64,000 bases of DNA from Hemiscyllium ocellatum (GCF_020745735.1 NC_083416.1:76905131-76969130), one strand, 5' to 3'; shown: positions 47,901-59,374, counted from the first letter of the stretch. The notes: generated from the letters alone by a model not told the origin. Translations and numbers: made by a program.

Positions 47901-50900
47901 CCATATCTTTGAAAAATTCCCTTCAACAATACCTTCAGCAGTTCCTCCACTTGTTCCAGCACGGTCAGGGGTTTGGCAGGAGTGGGTTTCGGAGCCTGTT
48001 AGAAGAGAAAAAAAATGACCGTTCACTTCCACGTTTAACAAACCATTATAAAGCACCCTCAAATTAACATTCCTGACAATGCCTTGCTCTGGTCTGGTCT
48101 ACACGAACATAGGCATTGCAAGCATACACTGGCACTCCGAGGACGTTTCTCCATTCTGGGAGAAAAGGCCTCGGACTCAAATTCCTCTCCGAAGGAGATG
48201 GTAGCCTCAGGTTGCTGCTCCCAGTTCTAAGAAAACACTGCAGAGTCAGAGCTGCCACCTTTCAGTAGCCATGTTGAATCCAGGCTCTCAGAGGTGGGTG
48301 CAGAAGTTCCTACTGCATCCACTGCAGAGCTGCTCTCTGGTTAGGCCCCAATGGAAAACTGCAAATTTCTGGGTCATTGACAAACTCAATATCATGTTGA
48401 CTGGTCATTTCAAAATGGCAGGTAGGATGACGTTTTCCATGCCCTCTCACCTTCTTCAAGTTCAGACACTGCCTCAGTGTTACCAACCCAACAACATGCC
48501 AGGTTTGGTATTCCCACACAATAGGAGTAAAGCCAGCCCAGCTGACTTGTGCCCCAAAAATTCCAACCCTCCAGCCTAGAAACTGGACTATTACAGCAAG
48601 TAATGGAACCATTTCTCACTCTACAAAGATCCATGCTCTCCCACTTTCCCAACCCAATTTCCGTGATTCCAGCTCACTATCCTGCTGGGATCCAGCATTA
48701 GTATCAGGGGTTATTTCCTGCGTCTTGCAGAGTCCCAGTTGAGGGACAGAGTTGGAATGCCAGTTGTGCAAATGCCACCTCACCAGCCTTGAAACTTGGT
48801 TTGACCAATGAGTGCAGAGGGCATTGGGGTAGCCATAGTGAATCATTAGCTGACTTGATGGGGACATGGACTGAGCTGGAAACTGAGTGAGGTTGTGGGA
48901 AGAAAGAATATGGAGAATTTCAAATTGAAAGCCAAGAAGCTAAACCAGGAGCCAGGCTGTGAGGGAGACAGAGGACATGAAGGCTGAAGAAGTCAAGTGG
49001 AGGAAGTCCTTCCAAAGTCACGTGGACCTCAAAATGATGAGCTTTCCTCCACTGCCTCCAACAGCATGTTCAATTCTTGGTTACTTTAAGCTTCCAGTGG
49101 GATTGGTGTTGGAATAGGCACCCAATATTAAAATTCTTGTATTGTGAAACACTTTATCCCATTCTCAGATCTATGTCCAACAGGTTGGTTCTGGAGATCA
49201 GTCTCTGCTTTCATGTTGGTCAAATTCAACAGTCAATGTTGTGCACAGAAAGATCCAAAAGAAATAGCATGAGACAACTGCAAGTACTAGTTCTAGGTTT
49301 TCTTTAAGCCCTCTAGTGGACATTACCTTTGGATGTTCTGCATTTGGGTCAATATAAGCAATGGGCATGTCCATCATCATGGGTCTGAAATGGATCATTG
49401 GCTTAGGTCCTGGAGAAAGAGAAGACAGTGAAATTTTTATTAGTACGGCTTAGTGACAGCATGAAAGGAAGATCGGGGATTGGGTGTTGGTCTGTAAAGG
49501 GAGCTGCAAATGGGGTTCAGAAAGATGATACACCTGGCTTTCTTTCCCAATTTTCCAGGACTTTCCTGCCCCCGCACCATTTTCACATGATCTCCTCATG
49601 GGTCAGAAGGGCCTTGGTTATAAAACAGAAACTGTTCTTCTGCATTTGGGATCTATTGTGAAGGCCGGAGGGGAACGGTATTGCCTCCCATGCAGTATTT
49701 TCATTTCAGTAGCCCCCAAAAAACAATCCTCCTTGGAACACTGGAGAAAGACTGCCAAAAAGTTATCTGGAACATGCTATAATATTAAATATGTCCATCT
49801 ATTCAAATTCACAATGAGATACCACACTGTAATATTGATACACTTTTAATGTACTGACTGGTTATGGGGTGTACTCTGTAACAGTAAATTTTCCACAAAT
49901 CGGTCACCATTGTATCAGTATTAACCTGCATTAAAGCCTTTTTGGTCAAATGGACAAAGTACTGTAATGCATTTAACATGTGAACAGATGCATTGGAATA
50001 TCATCCTCATCTTAGTTGGCAGTGGGATTTAAATACACCAGACATTTCTGACCAGAAAGAAAATTCTAAGGACTTTCTTCTGTCCTTCATTGACAGATGC
50101 ACCATTGAAAGCACACTGTCCGGGTGCATAATGGCCTGATACAGCGACTGCTCTACCCAGGACCATAAGAAACTACAGAAGGTGGTTCGCACAGCCCAAA
50201 CCATCAAGGAAGCCGACCTCCCATTCATGGGCTCCATTTACACAGCTTGTTGCCACAAAAAGGCTGCCAAAATATCAAGGACCCATCGCACCCCAGTATT
50301 GATCTCCTACAACCTCCTCAGTCAGGCAGAAGGTACAGAAACCCGAACACACACACCAGCAGGTTCAGGAACAGCTTCTTCCCAGCCATTATTGAACTGA
50401 TGAATGGACACTAACTTCAAACAATGTTTATCTTGCCAAGCACACACCCTGTGCAATGTAACCTGTATGCCTCTTTTTCACCCTATAATCTGTGTCCTTG
50501 CTTACTATGAGCTGCCTATACTGCTCATAATCAAAACTTTGCATTGTACTAAAGTACATGCGACAATAAATAAATCAAGTCAAGATATTTGGCATTGAAA
50601 TGCAAATGAAACAAATCTATTATTTCTATTTTAGTCTTTGGAGCTAGGATTATAGTTGCTGTTGCCATTCTGAATTGAGGAATCTGATAGAGTCCCACAT
50701 TTTTTAAATCCCTCCCCTCGATACTCCAGAACAGACACGGACTTGAAAATCCAAGCTTTAGGTGGATTATGGAACCTGATGAAACACAAAGCTTGTGATT
50801 TCAAATAAACCCGTTGCACTATAACCTGGTGTCATGTGACTTCTGACTTTAATCTCAGAAGCTTGCAAGTTATTCCTCTCCAATATCCATTTGACTTTGG

Positions 50901-53900
50901 AAATTTCTGATATAAATCGGATTCCATCACCATCATGGGTTGGGAGTTCAAGATCATACCTCCTCACACTCCAAGCTATTTCATATCCGGTGACTACCTG
51001 TAACCAGAAGAGGAGAAACGGAGGACCAACCTAATGGGAGTTTTAAACACTAAAAAGTTTGGTAGGGGAGAGTGTGTTTGGAGAAAGTGAGGACTGCAGA
51101 TGCCAGAAATCAGAGTCAAAACATGTAGTGCTGGAAAAGCACAACAGGTCAGGTGGAATTCGAGGAGCAGGAGAGTCGACGTTGCGAGCATAAGCCCTTC
51201 ATCTCAGTTGATTCAACTTGCCAGAAGGGGGTGGATGGAAAGTCATGATTAAAACCAGTAAGAAGAAAATTAAAAAATCACGAGAAATTCTTCAGGGGGA
51301 GAAGAAATTCTTTAGAATTAGAATTCAAATTATTTGTCATGTGTATTTTAACATTAAAAATACAATGAAAAAAGCTTTCTAAGGTGCCCTACCATGGCAC
51401 CTATAAATGACAGAAGTCATGATAAAAACTGTGTTGGGCAACATGGTGGCAAGTGGGTGGCAGTGGCTAGCACGGTTGCCTCAGCGGCAGAAACCCAGGT
51501 TCAATCCCCACCTCGGGCAACTGTCTGTGTGGAGTTTGCACATTCTCCTGGTGTCTGCGTGGGTTTCCTCCGGGTACTCCAGTTTCCTCCCACAGTCCAA
51601 AGATGTGCAGGTTAGGCGAGTTGGCCATGTTAAATTGTCCGTAGTGTTAGGTAAAGGGGTAAATGTAGAGGAATGGGTCTGGGTGGGTTGCTCTTCGGAG
51701 GGTCGGTGTGGACTTCTTAGGCCAAAGGGCCTGTTTCCACACTGTAGGGAATCTAGTCTAATCTAAAAAACACAAGTTACAAAAATGAAGCAAAATTAAG
51801 TAAAATAGCATACCCAGAGAATAGGGAGGATGTGGAACTAATTGCTGGATAAAGAGACTTGGCTCATGGTGTTGACATATTTAAGAGGAATCTAGATAAA
51901 CAAAGTGATGGACAAAGGAATAGAGGGATACATTGATGGGGCTAGATAAAGAGCCAGGAGGAAGCCTGTGTGCAGCATAAATATTGGGATGAATGCTCAG
52001 TTTTCAAAGTCTGGGCCACCATGTCATATCAAAGCACTTAATATTTCTTCCTAATTATGGGCTGAAAAGTGCTTTCGTTATCAATAACCCAATTAAATCT
52101 TCTCAACACTAACTGCTCCAAATAAAGAACAGTCCAACTCATCCATAATCACCACAAACTCTCCATGGTGACTATCGGAACACAAGTGGGTGTCCCCAAT
52201 GGACTCAGCTGGAGGTTCTTGCTAAATCAAATTTGGGAATCGTTCTAGTTGTAGAATTAGATTTACAATTGCTGACGTGGTCTCCCTCAGTCTATTCACT
52301 GACTGGCTCTTTGCTCACAGCCACCCAACCCCCAGCTCTCAGATTGGTTTAGAGTTTAGACAACAACAGTTAGTTGGTAAACGGGAGGGGGGGAGAAGTG
52401 GGCGGAAAACAGGATGTACATACGGATTGGGTTCCGGCTTGATGAGTACTTCTGCTCGAGGCGATTGGTGGACTGTTGCAGGTGGGTTATCTTCTCCTGC
52501 TGCTTCAGCAGAAACATGACGCTGACAACTTGCCCGGCAATAAGCATGGCCGCCAACACGGTCACACCACCCCAGAGGACGCTCTTGGAGCAGGTGCGGC
52601 TGCTGAAATATAGAACAATGAAGGAATATCATTAATGCCAAGTTGAAAGAGGTTGCCAAAACTCTGTCTGGATACATGTTCTGCGCTTTCACTATGTGAC
52701 TTTCCAACTCCTCCCATGGCTGACCATCCCATAACCTACTCTTCTCACGTCCAGTTGGATAGTCAACAGATTCAGTCTTGCTGGATTGGTTGGTTGTTGA
52801 TCGTTGACCATGGTCTTTGCTTCCCCCTTACCATAACTACCCCTCCCATTCCAAACCCATAAATCTCACAACACTCATTTAACTGCTCAGTAGAAGTACT
52901 GTTTCAGTAGGAGACGACCATTGGTTGGAGAGGCACATGGAAGATAATACAATGAAGGGTATGTAGACTATTCTGATCTTAAAGTAGGATAAGAGGCCAG
53001 CACAACATTGAGGGCCGAAGAGCCTGTACTGTTCTATGTATTTTCTGTGTATCGAACCTGCTACACCATTCAGTGACTGATCATCATCATCATCATCATC
53101 ATGTGCTGTTTTTCCACACCATCCCCATTGACAGGTTTCTAAGTGCCAACGATGAAGAGGTCAATCTCTTTAATGCTCCTTCTGGTTGTTCCTTACGTTG
53201 TATAGGAAAGGTCAGGCTTAATTTCCATCTGTTCTCCATGGATGGTTCTGAATGACCCTACTGAGGTCCCCTCTTTCTAAGTTACCCCAAACATTTTTTC
53301 CCCCAAACTCAGTCAGCTGATACGAGGATCAGTTCCTTGGCCATTGTAATGTTTTGATTCTAGGACGGTATTTTTAAAAGTGATATTAGTTCTCAGAAGG
53401 TGTATATCACGTGAAAAGGTGACATTTCTTGGCCATCCCTAATTGCCCTTGTTGAACAATTGAGTGGATCGATTCTCCATTTTGGAGAGCAGTTAGGAGT
53501 CCACCCTATCGCTGTGGGTCTGGAGTCACATGTAGGCCACACCAGGTAAAGATGGCTGATGTCTTTCCCTGAAGGACATTAGTGAATCAGACCACAAGAT
53601 TTTTATTTAAATCTGACAATCTGGTAGGTGTACAATCACAGCAAGTGAGATTAACATTTTATCCCAAATATATTTAGTTAAATGAATTAAATTTTCCCTG
53701 TTGTGCCGATCTGGGCTTTAAACCGACATGTCCCGAGCAGTTGCCCAAGTCTCTGCATTGTCCCTATAATGTAACCATTATAACCTATTTTTTCACTGAA
53801 GTGCAGGAGTTGGAGAGATGATATTATGGAGGTTTTAAAATCATGTGAAGTATAGATAAAATGAATGGTCTTTGTGTTAATCTTGCCCTACAACCCACGA

Positions 53901-56900
53901 GTTAAGTTTACTCATCTCAATCTCTCCCCATTACTCCCGTGATGTTTGGCGAATGGCTGTTCTCCCCTGCTTCCCCTATAAAACCTTCAATAATGATTAT
54001 TGAATATGTTCTCCCAAATGTCATCGTCAAAGTTAGAAAATTCCAACGGGAATTGCCCTAATTTGTGAATTACAAGAGAATTTGATAGATTCATATTGTG
54101 CTTCCAGAATTCTGACTTTTGTAGATCAAACAAACATCAGAAAAAGTCCCAAAGATTTTTTACTCAGCAGAAGCAAACAAGGGTTAATAATCACGGTGGT
54201 TAAAAAAGATGGTTAAAAGGGCAATTGATTGCAGTAACAATGGACATTGGGCACTCAATATTGCCATTTTTATCTGTGTAAAAAAATGTGCATCATCTCT
54301 GTAATACTCCAGGCGATCTTTTTCCTTCAACAAAACATGGGACAGTGGTTAAGGTGATAGGAGTGGTTAAGTGGTTAGCACTGCTGCCTTGCAGCACCAA
54401 GGACCCAGGTTCAATTCCAGCCTTGGGTGATTGTCTGTGTGGAGTTTGCATGGGTTTCCTCCCACTGTCCAAAGATGTGCACATTAGGTGGATTGGCTGT
54501 GGGGAATGCACAGTCCTAAGGATAGGTCATTGGGCAGTGGGTCTGGGTGTGGACTGGAAGGGCTGAATGGCCTACTCCCAGAGCGTAGGGATTCTAGAAG
54601 CCTAGGTGAGTTGTGGTGCTAAAGGAGGCAAAACCGTGGAGAGATCGGAACAGCAGAACTGATCATTTGAAATATTTCTGTAACTGGAACATGCTGAGAG
54701 AATTTCTGGATGAACTGATTACACTAATGATGCAGATTTATGATAAGAAAAACGTTCACAAACTGACACGGAAAACCCCTCCTGCCTCAAAGTGAAACCG
54801 TCAGGAATTCTGGAAAATTCCACTGGCTTTCATAGCCAACAATAGCTCAAGTGATTCAAGGTCAGTGTAAGGATTCTTTTCTGGCCCGTTTTCACCCAGT
54901 TGGTCACACTTGCAGGAGAACTAGGAATATTCACCCTGGTTTCTTGCTCAGTATTTGTTGACCCTCACCAAGATACCTTGACCAAAAGCCTCAGGATTGG
55001 GCTGACTAGCTGACTTCTGTTCCTGCACTGAACTTAAAAACTGTATATTTTGTTGAGAGCGAGAGAATGTAACACCAGGCAATGGCAAGAAAATAATTTC
55101 ATTATTGTGAACAATCCTGGATAACAAAAGGAACCATAATGGGCTCTCCAGTCACATAAGTGTTGAATTAACCACCAGCACTCACTAGGCAATAAACAGT
55201 AATCTGCGAATGGATCACTCCTCCGTTATAAGAGCATGGCATGGCAGTAAATTAAAGTGGAAACAAAGCAGGTTTTGTGATCTGGTATAATTAGATCTAT
55301 TGTTCACCCAAGGCAGAACCTGAGAATTTACTCCAGCACAGTTAATTTACAAGATTATTTTAAAAATACTTGAACTGTTTCGTGAATCTCTACAACATCT
55401 TATAGCAGCAATGGAGTCTATTCAGCCCATCGGTTGTGTTGGCTCTTTGAAAGAGCCATCCAATTCAGTGTTGCTCCCCAGACTCTCCCACCCTGTTAGT
55501 TTGATTGCTGTACATTTATAAAGGAGGATGAACAAAGGGATTGCACAGTCAGATGTGAACTCAAAATATAGGGCGAGTAGGGGAAAAATATCAGTAACAC
55601 TTGCGAATGGCATAAAATGGCCCAAATTATTTTTGTGTACCTCAAAATGGAGCTCAAGAGTGACCTGTATATTCATTTCCTAGTAGGTGTTACTTGTTCT
55701 TCCCCTTGGGGGAAATGATTTCTGTTGATTTCACCCTTTTCAAGATTAAAAATTACACTTTTTTGTTTATTAATCTTACTGGATGGCCGAAAGGAAAAAC
55801 CAGTTAAACAATTAAATTGAACATCCTGATCTAACTCCTCTGGTACACATGATAAAAGGTCCCCTACATTCATTTCAAGGCATGATTGTGTTTATTCTTC
55901 CCCCTTCTGTAGGTAAGTTATTTACTAAACATTTCATAAACTTCTCAGGTTTAATCATTTCTTTGTTCACCTCCTGGCTAAACAGCAGCCATTTTGGTGA
56001 CCATGGAAACACCACCTTGGCACTATTCCCCTGAAACAGTTCCCAAACAAAGTGATTCAATTGATTAGTTAAACGAAAAGTAATCTGTGGATCGTACCTT
56101 ATATGAGACTGCTCCACAAGGTTCATGGAATTACTTTCCAGCTCTAACTGAGCTGAGATAACTCAAAAGAACCTTCTGACAATAGAAGAGCAGCCATTTT
56201 GTTTGACAGTGGGAGCAAAGCTGATAATTAGGAGTGTACTACCATTAACTCTGATTTTAACCACCTGCATTCTTGTTAATAACTGAATCCCTGGTTTTAG
56301 TTTAAACATTAGCCAAATCAGAAGGGAGAAAATAAAAGAGTTTTAGGAAAGTAGTGAGTTGCTAATCACATCCTAACCTGTGCATAATACAAACCAAATC
56401 TAATCTAAAAGTAGACCCCTTGCACTGATGATCAAAGATCAATATTTACCCTCCAAAGTCAATTACAAGATTTGTGACCCCTTAATATAACTCCTCCAAA
56501 CCACATCTAATGCTTCAATAACTTAACTCTGCAATGTTAAACAATGATGAACGGATGTACCAAGATCCATCCAGATGTTGTTGGACAGTGAATCCTTCAA
56601 AGAAAACACTTGTTCAAACATTTAAACTGGTTGAATGCAGACAATCATTTGTACCTGTTTCAAATGCATAGCAGCTCAAGACATGACAAAGCATTTAACA
56701 CCCAGAAGGTTAAAAAGATACAATAATAAAAAAGCTCTGACACCTTAGATTGAAAAAAATTCATATTCAGCTAAAGATCCTGCTCCTGGCCAATGCCCAC
56801 AGTAAGTGTCCTTTGTGTGTGGGTGTTCTGTATCTGTGTGCATGATTGTTTGTACATGTGTGTACGTGAGCAAGTGCACATTTACCTGAGAGTGCATGTT

Positions 56901-59160
56901 CCTGAGTGTCAGAGGGTATTAGTGTGTGACGATCTGTATCTGTGTGTCTGAGAGAACGTTAGGTGTGTGTAAGGTGAGTGAGCCTACATGTGTTGGAATT
57001 AGTGTGTGCATGGTGAGTGCGATGGAAATGGCACACACTGGTCTGGAGTCCCAGTTGAAGATAAACAAACAAATGTCCAAACCAAAATCAAATCATTTCC
57101 ACCCCAGAAAAAAGAAAGCCAAAATAAAATCAGATGAACAGGACAGCCTGGTCAGCCTGCCTTCTACAGTTCAGAATGGAGCTTCATTACAAAGGATGTA
57201 GTGCTCCCCAGACATGGAGCCAATATTTCATTGCTGGGATGTTTAAAAACTGTTTGTCACCTCTGGAAAAGATCCATTTGTTCCTTCTGCTCATGTTCAG
57301 AACTGAATTCACTTCAACACCTCTCAACCATGGTCATAAGTTGGAAAAAAACCCTTCCCAAGAGTATATTGGAGGAGATAGAGACAGGATTGGGAACCCT
57401 GAAAATATTAACAAGAGCCTGGCCGAATGGATCAGAACTGAACCAATTCACTGCTCAGCAGCGACTCCTGGCGGAGGGACTGTTTGTGGGTCTGAATGTA
57501 ATTGAGTGTAAAGTTGGCAGCCAATAACATTGCTGCAAATGTGTTGCTGGTCAAAGCACAGCAGGCCAGGCAGCATCTCAGGAATAGAGAATTCGACGTA
57601 GCCAATAACATTGAGAGAGCCAAGACCAGGGATTGGTAATGACTGGGTAACTCAGCCGCACCAATTTTTTTTTAAACCCTCTTCTCACTGGCTGGTTTGA
57701 TGTTGTATGAAAGGCAAAGACCTAGAGACTGAATCACAAAAGGACTCCGAAGTTTAAAGTGACAACATTGTGAAAGAGCAAAAAAATCTAAACTCAGATC
57801 CCAGCTCGAACTAATTGGATTCTGTTGTTACCCCAGTAGGTCCCACGTACTGTCATTAAACAGACAGAATGATTTATTTCACACCAAGAGTCGAGCTGCT
57901 ATTTGTGTAGCAACTGAACCACCCAGAGAAAACTGACGCTTACAAAATCAGTGACAGGTTCTGGGAGTAATATATAAAAATACAAGAATTACAGGTTACA
58001 GAGAAGGATTTATGCATGTACAATGATTTTTGTGAGGTCTTTTTAGAAGTTAGTACGGTAGAACAGGCAGCCACGATTGAAAAAGAGTAAGATTCCACAA
58101 GCAGTAATGTTATAAAATGACCAGCTCACTTTTAAAAAGAAATTGTACGCACAATGTTGTTTGAGTGATAATTTGACTAGGACAATTGGTTTTAAAATAC
58201 AAAAACAAAATTACACAGCTACATGAGGAAAGTGAGCAAAAGTCTACATAAAGATCCCAGCTAGAACTTTAGAAATTCCGATTGAGCTACTGTTATGACT
58301 CCCATGCGTTTGACATGAACAGTCACTCAACCCGAAACGGTGACTCTGATCTCTCTCCGCAGACGCTGCCAGACCTGCTGAGCTTTTCCAGCAATTTCTG
58401 CTTTTGTCACTAGGGACAACTCCCCTGCTCCTTCACGATCAGCTACATTTACCAGAGAAGACAAGGGGATGTTTTGTCTTAATCTTTTGCAGTGGAACAC
58501 GCCATCCGGATTTGGAACGAGATCACAATTCCACATTGTCACTGGGTCAAAATCCTGGAATTCCCCTAGAGTTTACCTGCACCCCTAGGACTGCAGTAAG
58601 GCAGCACACCACCATCTTCTCAAGTAAGAATTAGGGACTTCCAGCATTTGCTGGAAAAGCCTGATTTTATTTATTAAAACGTCAATTTCTAGCATAAGAC
58701 TAACCCTACAACATGCTCAAGAAGGTTTTACAGACTGCGCACCTTTCACGCCTCTGACTCCAGCAAACAGAGCAAATAATGGTTATAACACTCCAGATGA
58801 TGGAAATCTGAAACAGATACAGAAAATCCTGGGAGATACCCATGAGAGAGAAAAAAAAGTGAATATTTCCTGCCCGATTTAGTTCTTATTCAGAACTTAG
58901 TACCTGGATCTGAGTTATACTAGATTTGGAAACTCTGCTCCTACTGGGCTACTCTGGCAAAGGAAGTCTTTATAAATCTCTCAGCAGCAAACAATTCCAC
59001 AAAGAATTTTCTTTCATATCATACATAAGACAGAAGGGTTGTCTAGGATTTAATCTCACCTCCGGCCGGTAACAGTAGCACTAGCTTCCACATTGGAGTG
59101 GCTGGCGATATCTTGTTGAGAATTGTTCAGCAAAGAGCTCTGCTGCTCGTCGGCTGACAT
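35938..59160 (-). CDS. CD74: CD74 / MHC class II-associated invariant chain, 10 coding exons, 326 aa predicted (Tg-containing, p41-like form)
   Basis: Ten GT-AG exons join in one open frame (101+179+83+63+96+127+84+195+45+8=981 nt). Order is cytoplasmic tail, type II TM (VTVLAAMLIAGQVVSVMFLL), Met/Pro-rich CLIP, trimerisation motif (EWQDFESWLRNWLLFQ), thyroglobulin type-1 domain. The 63-nt and 96-nt exons match human exon 4 and 5 sizes as recalled. The first six exons and the Tg exon are more secure than the last two. Confidence 0.93.
36050..36365 (-). mobile_element. HE1-like V-SINE in last CD74 intron
   Basis: TTAGA tail, V domain, tRNA-like head. Confidence 0.87.
36588..36735 (+). mobile_element. 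Deu-type SINE tRNA head
   Basis: gaggtgatggcctc...ggttcaaatccc...gcagatgcggaatttgaattcaataa. Confidence 0.65.
37839..37883 (-). CDS. CD74: CD74 penultimate exon: (S)FRKSDDLNMSGLAA
   Basis: Acceptor tttatttcgatctttag|, consensus donor CAA|GTAAGT; 45 nt, phase 1-1, open; weak resemblance to human LEDPSSGL. Confidence 0.7.
38288..39420. mobile_element. Two CR1 3' fragments: 38288-38540 (minus) and 39018-39420 (plus)
   Basis: cataagacatagg...ggccattcggccc tail; atataaaattatgaagggaatagataag...ttcaggaggaacctcttcacccaaaggg. Confidence 0.7.
39760..40490 (-). mobile_element. L2-clade LINE 3' fragment
   Basis: Same family as 24830-25275 (gcatttattgcccatccctag...cagtgaagaaacggcgatatatttcc...cactcatccaggc). 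Confidence 0.7.
40568..40762 (-). CDS. CD74: CD74 thyroglobulin type-1 (p41) exon: (V)LSTDTECQRRHKVKVVPGAFRPKCDEMGNYEAKQCWPSTGYCWCCYPNGTEITGTATRENLTCE
   Basis: Acceptor ttatcttccctcgttcag|, donor A|GTACGT; 195 nt, phase 1-1; PG-F-PKCDE-GNY---QC and GYCWC motifs of Tg-1 domains. Confidence 0.95.
41685..41747 (-). CDS. Candidate further CD74 cassette exon (63 nt, phase 1-1): (D)FHRFAIYGFEELAAGLSHNR
   Basis: Acceptor cttgttctgttattcaacaccag|, strong donor GAA|GTGAGT; length is a multiple of 3 and open in phase 1. No recognisable homology; could be chance. Confidence 0.35.
43470..43553 (-). CDS. CD74: CD74 additional exon (84 nt, phase 1-1): (G)QKIYSSFVMKPMMVSLPESEKAPEEKI
   Basis: Pyrimidine tract ctcctctgtttccgtatacaacag|, donor AG|GTAACT; open in exactly the phase left by exon 6 and needed by the Tg exon. 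No transcript evidence available. Confidence 0.72.
45047..45173 (-). CDS. CD74: CD74 exon 6 (trimerisation helix plus Pro-rich hinge): DFESWLRNWLLFQLIQEKKPVPTTSAPHHEPMPEPEPQPQPS(G)
   Basis: Acceptor tttgctgtttacag|, donor G|GTACGT; FESW-x3-WLLF motif; 127 nt, phase 0 to 1. Confidence 0.93.
46176..46271 (-). CDS. CD74: CD74 exon 5: KDNVTKEIPEFNSTFSANLDLLRDSMTESEWQ
   Basis: Acceptor ttttcattggcag|, donor CAG|GTTAGT; 96 nt, phase 0-0; N-glycosylation sequons NVT and NST. Confidence 0.92.
47933..47995 (-). CDS. CD74: CD74 exon 4: APKPTPAKPLTVLEQVEELLK
   Basis: Acceptor ttttctcttctaacag|, donor AAG|GTATTG; 63 nt, phase 0-0. Confidence 0.9.
49327..49409 (-). CDS. CD74: CD74 exon 3 (CLIP): (R)PKPMIHFRPMMMDMPIAYIDPNAEHPK
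   Basis: Acceptor ttctctttctccag|, donor AAG|GTAATG; 83 nt, phase 1 to 0; MIHFRPMMM aligns to the human CLIP core MRMATPLLM (M at P1, P at P6, M at P9). Confidence 0.92.
50075..50585 (+). mobile_element. Rex1/Babar-clade LINE 3' end
   Basis: KLQKVVRTAQTIKEADLPFMGSIYTACCHKKAAKI...FRNSFFP-like end; tail acaataaataaatcaagtcaag. Confidence 0.75.
51070..51200 (-). mobile_element. Penelope family A 3' tail with broken hammerhead core
   Basis: ggagaaagtgaggactgcagatg...gctggaaaagcac...gagtcgacgttgcgagcataagcccttcatct. Confidence 0.8.
51420..51765 (+). mobile_element. HE1-like V-SINE
   Basis: ggttcaatccc B box, V domain, atctagtctaatcta tail. Confidence 0.85.
52424..52602 (-). CDS. CD74: CD74 exon 2 (juxtamembrane Cys, TM): SRTCSKSVLWGGVTVLAAMLIAGQVVSVMFLLKQQEKITHLQQSTNRLEQKYSSSRNPI
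   Basis: Acceptor ttctatatttcag|, donor C|GTATGT; hydrophobic TM with conserved AGQ; 179 nt, phase 2 to 1. Confidence 0.93.
53080..53103. repeat. (ATC)n microsatellite, about 8 units
   Basis: atcatcatcatcatcatcatcat. Confidence 0.9.
54340..54600 (+). mobile_element. HE1-like V-SINE, degenerate
   Basis: gtggttagcactgctgcc...ggttcaattccagcc...gtgtggagtttgca. Confidence 0.75.
54770..54821. promoter_or_regulatory. Candidate intron-1 enhancer (kB + IRF-E + kB-like)
   Basis: GGGGTTTTCC on minus (54770-54779), AAAGTGAAACC (54789-54799) and GGAAAATTCC (54812-54821) within 52 bp of non-repeat sequence. Confidence 0.4.
57533..57599 (-). mobile_element. 67-bp Penelope family A tail insertion, 14-bp TSD
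   Basis: agccaataacattg at 57519-57532 and 57600-57613. Confidence 0.88.
59060..59160 (-). CDS. CD74: CD74 exon 1 coding part: MSADEQQSSLLNNSQQDIASHSNVEASATVTGR(S)
   Basis: ATG in CTCACCATG context; in-frame TAG 33 nt upstream; donor AG|GTGAGA in phase 2, matching exon 2; leucine-based sorting-like motif EQQSSLL. Confidence 0.88.
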
Positions 59161-59237
59161 GGTGAGCGATCTCCTCAGAGCTGAGCTGAGCTAGCTACCT
59201 GCACCACTAAAGACTTCACCCCACTGCTCACAGAGAG

Positions 59238-59330
59238 CTATATGGGGCAGGTTGATCAGGGGATGGTTTTTTTAATCACTCTCAGCCAATGCTCAGGAGG
59301 AAGTTAACACCAAACAGCTTGGAAAGTCCC
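59238..59330 (-). promoter_or_regulatory. CD74 proximal promoter
   Basis: Perfect NF-kB site GGGACTTTCC (59321-59330), PU.1/ETS box GAGGAAGT (59297-59304), inverted CCAAT/Y-like GAGCATTGG (CCAAT 59286-59290) and TATA-like CATATAG (59238-59244), all within 170 nt of the ATG. Confidence 0.7.
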
Positions 59331-59374
59331 TACCGTATTCCACCGAACACCAGTCGCACATAAATATAAGCTGT

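Noticed and set aside
52339-52707. 122-aa minus ORF over exon 2
   Set aside because: Alternative frame of the CD74 TM exon with no recognisable features.
56926-57527. Three overlapping plus-strand ORFs in intron 1
   Set aside because: No motifs or consistent splice signals; partly TG-rich low complexity; compatible with chance.
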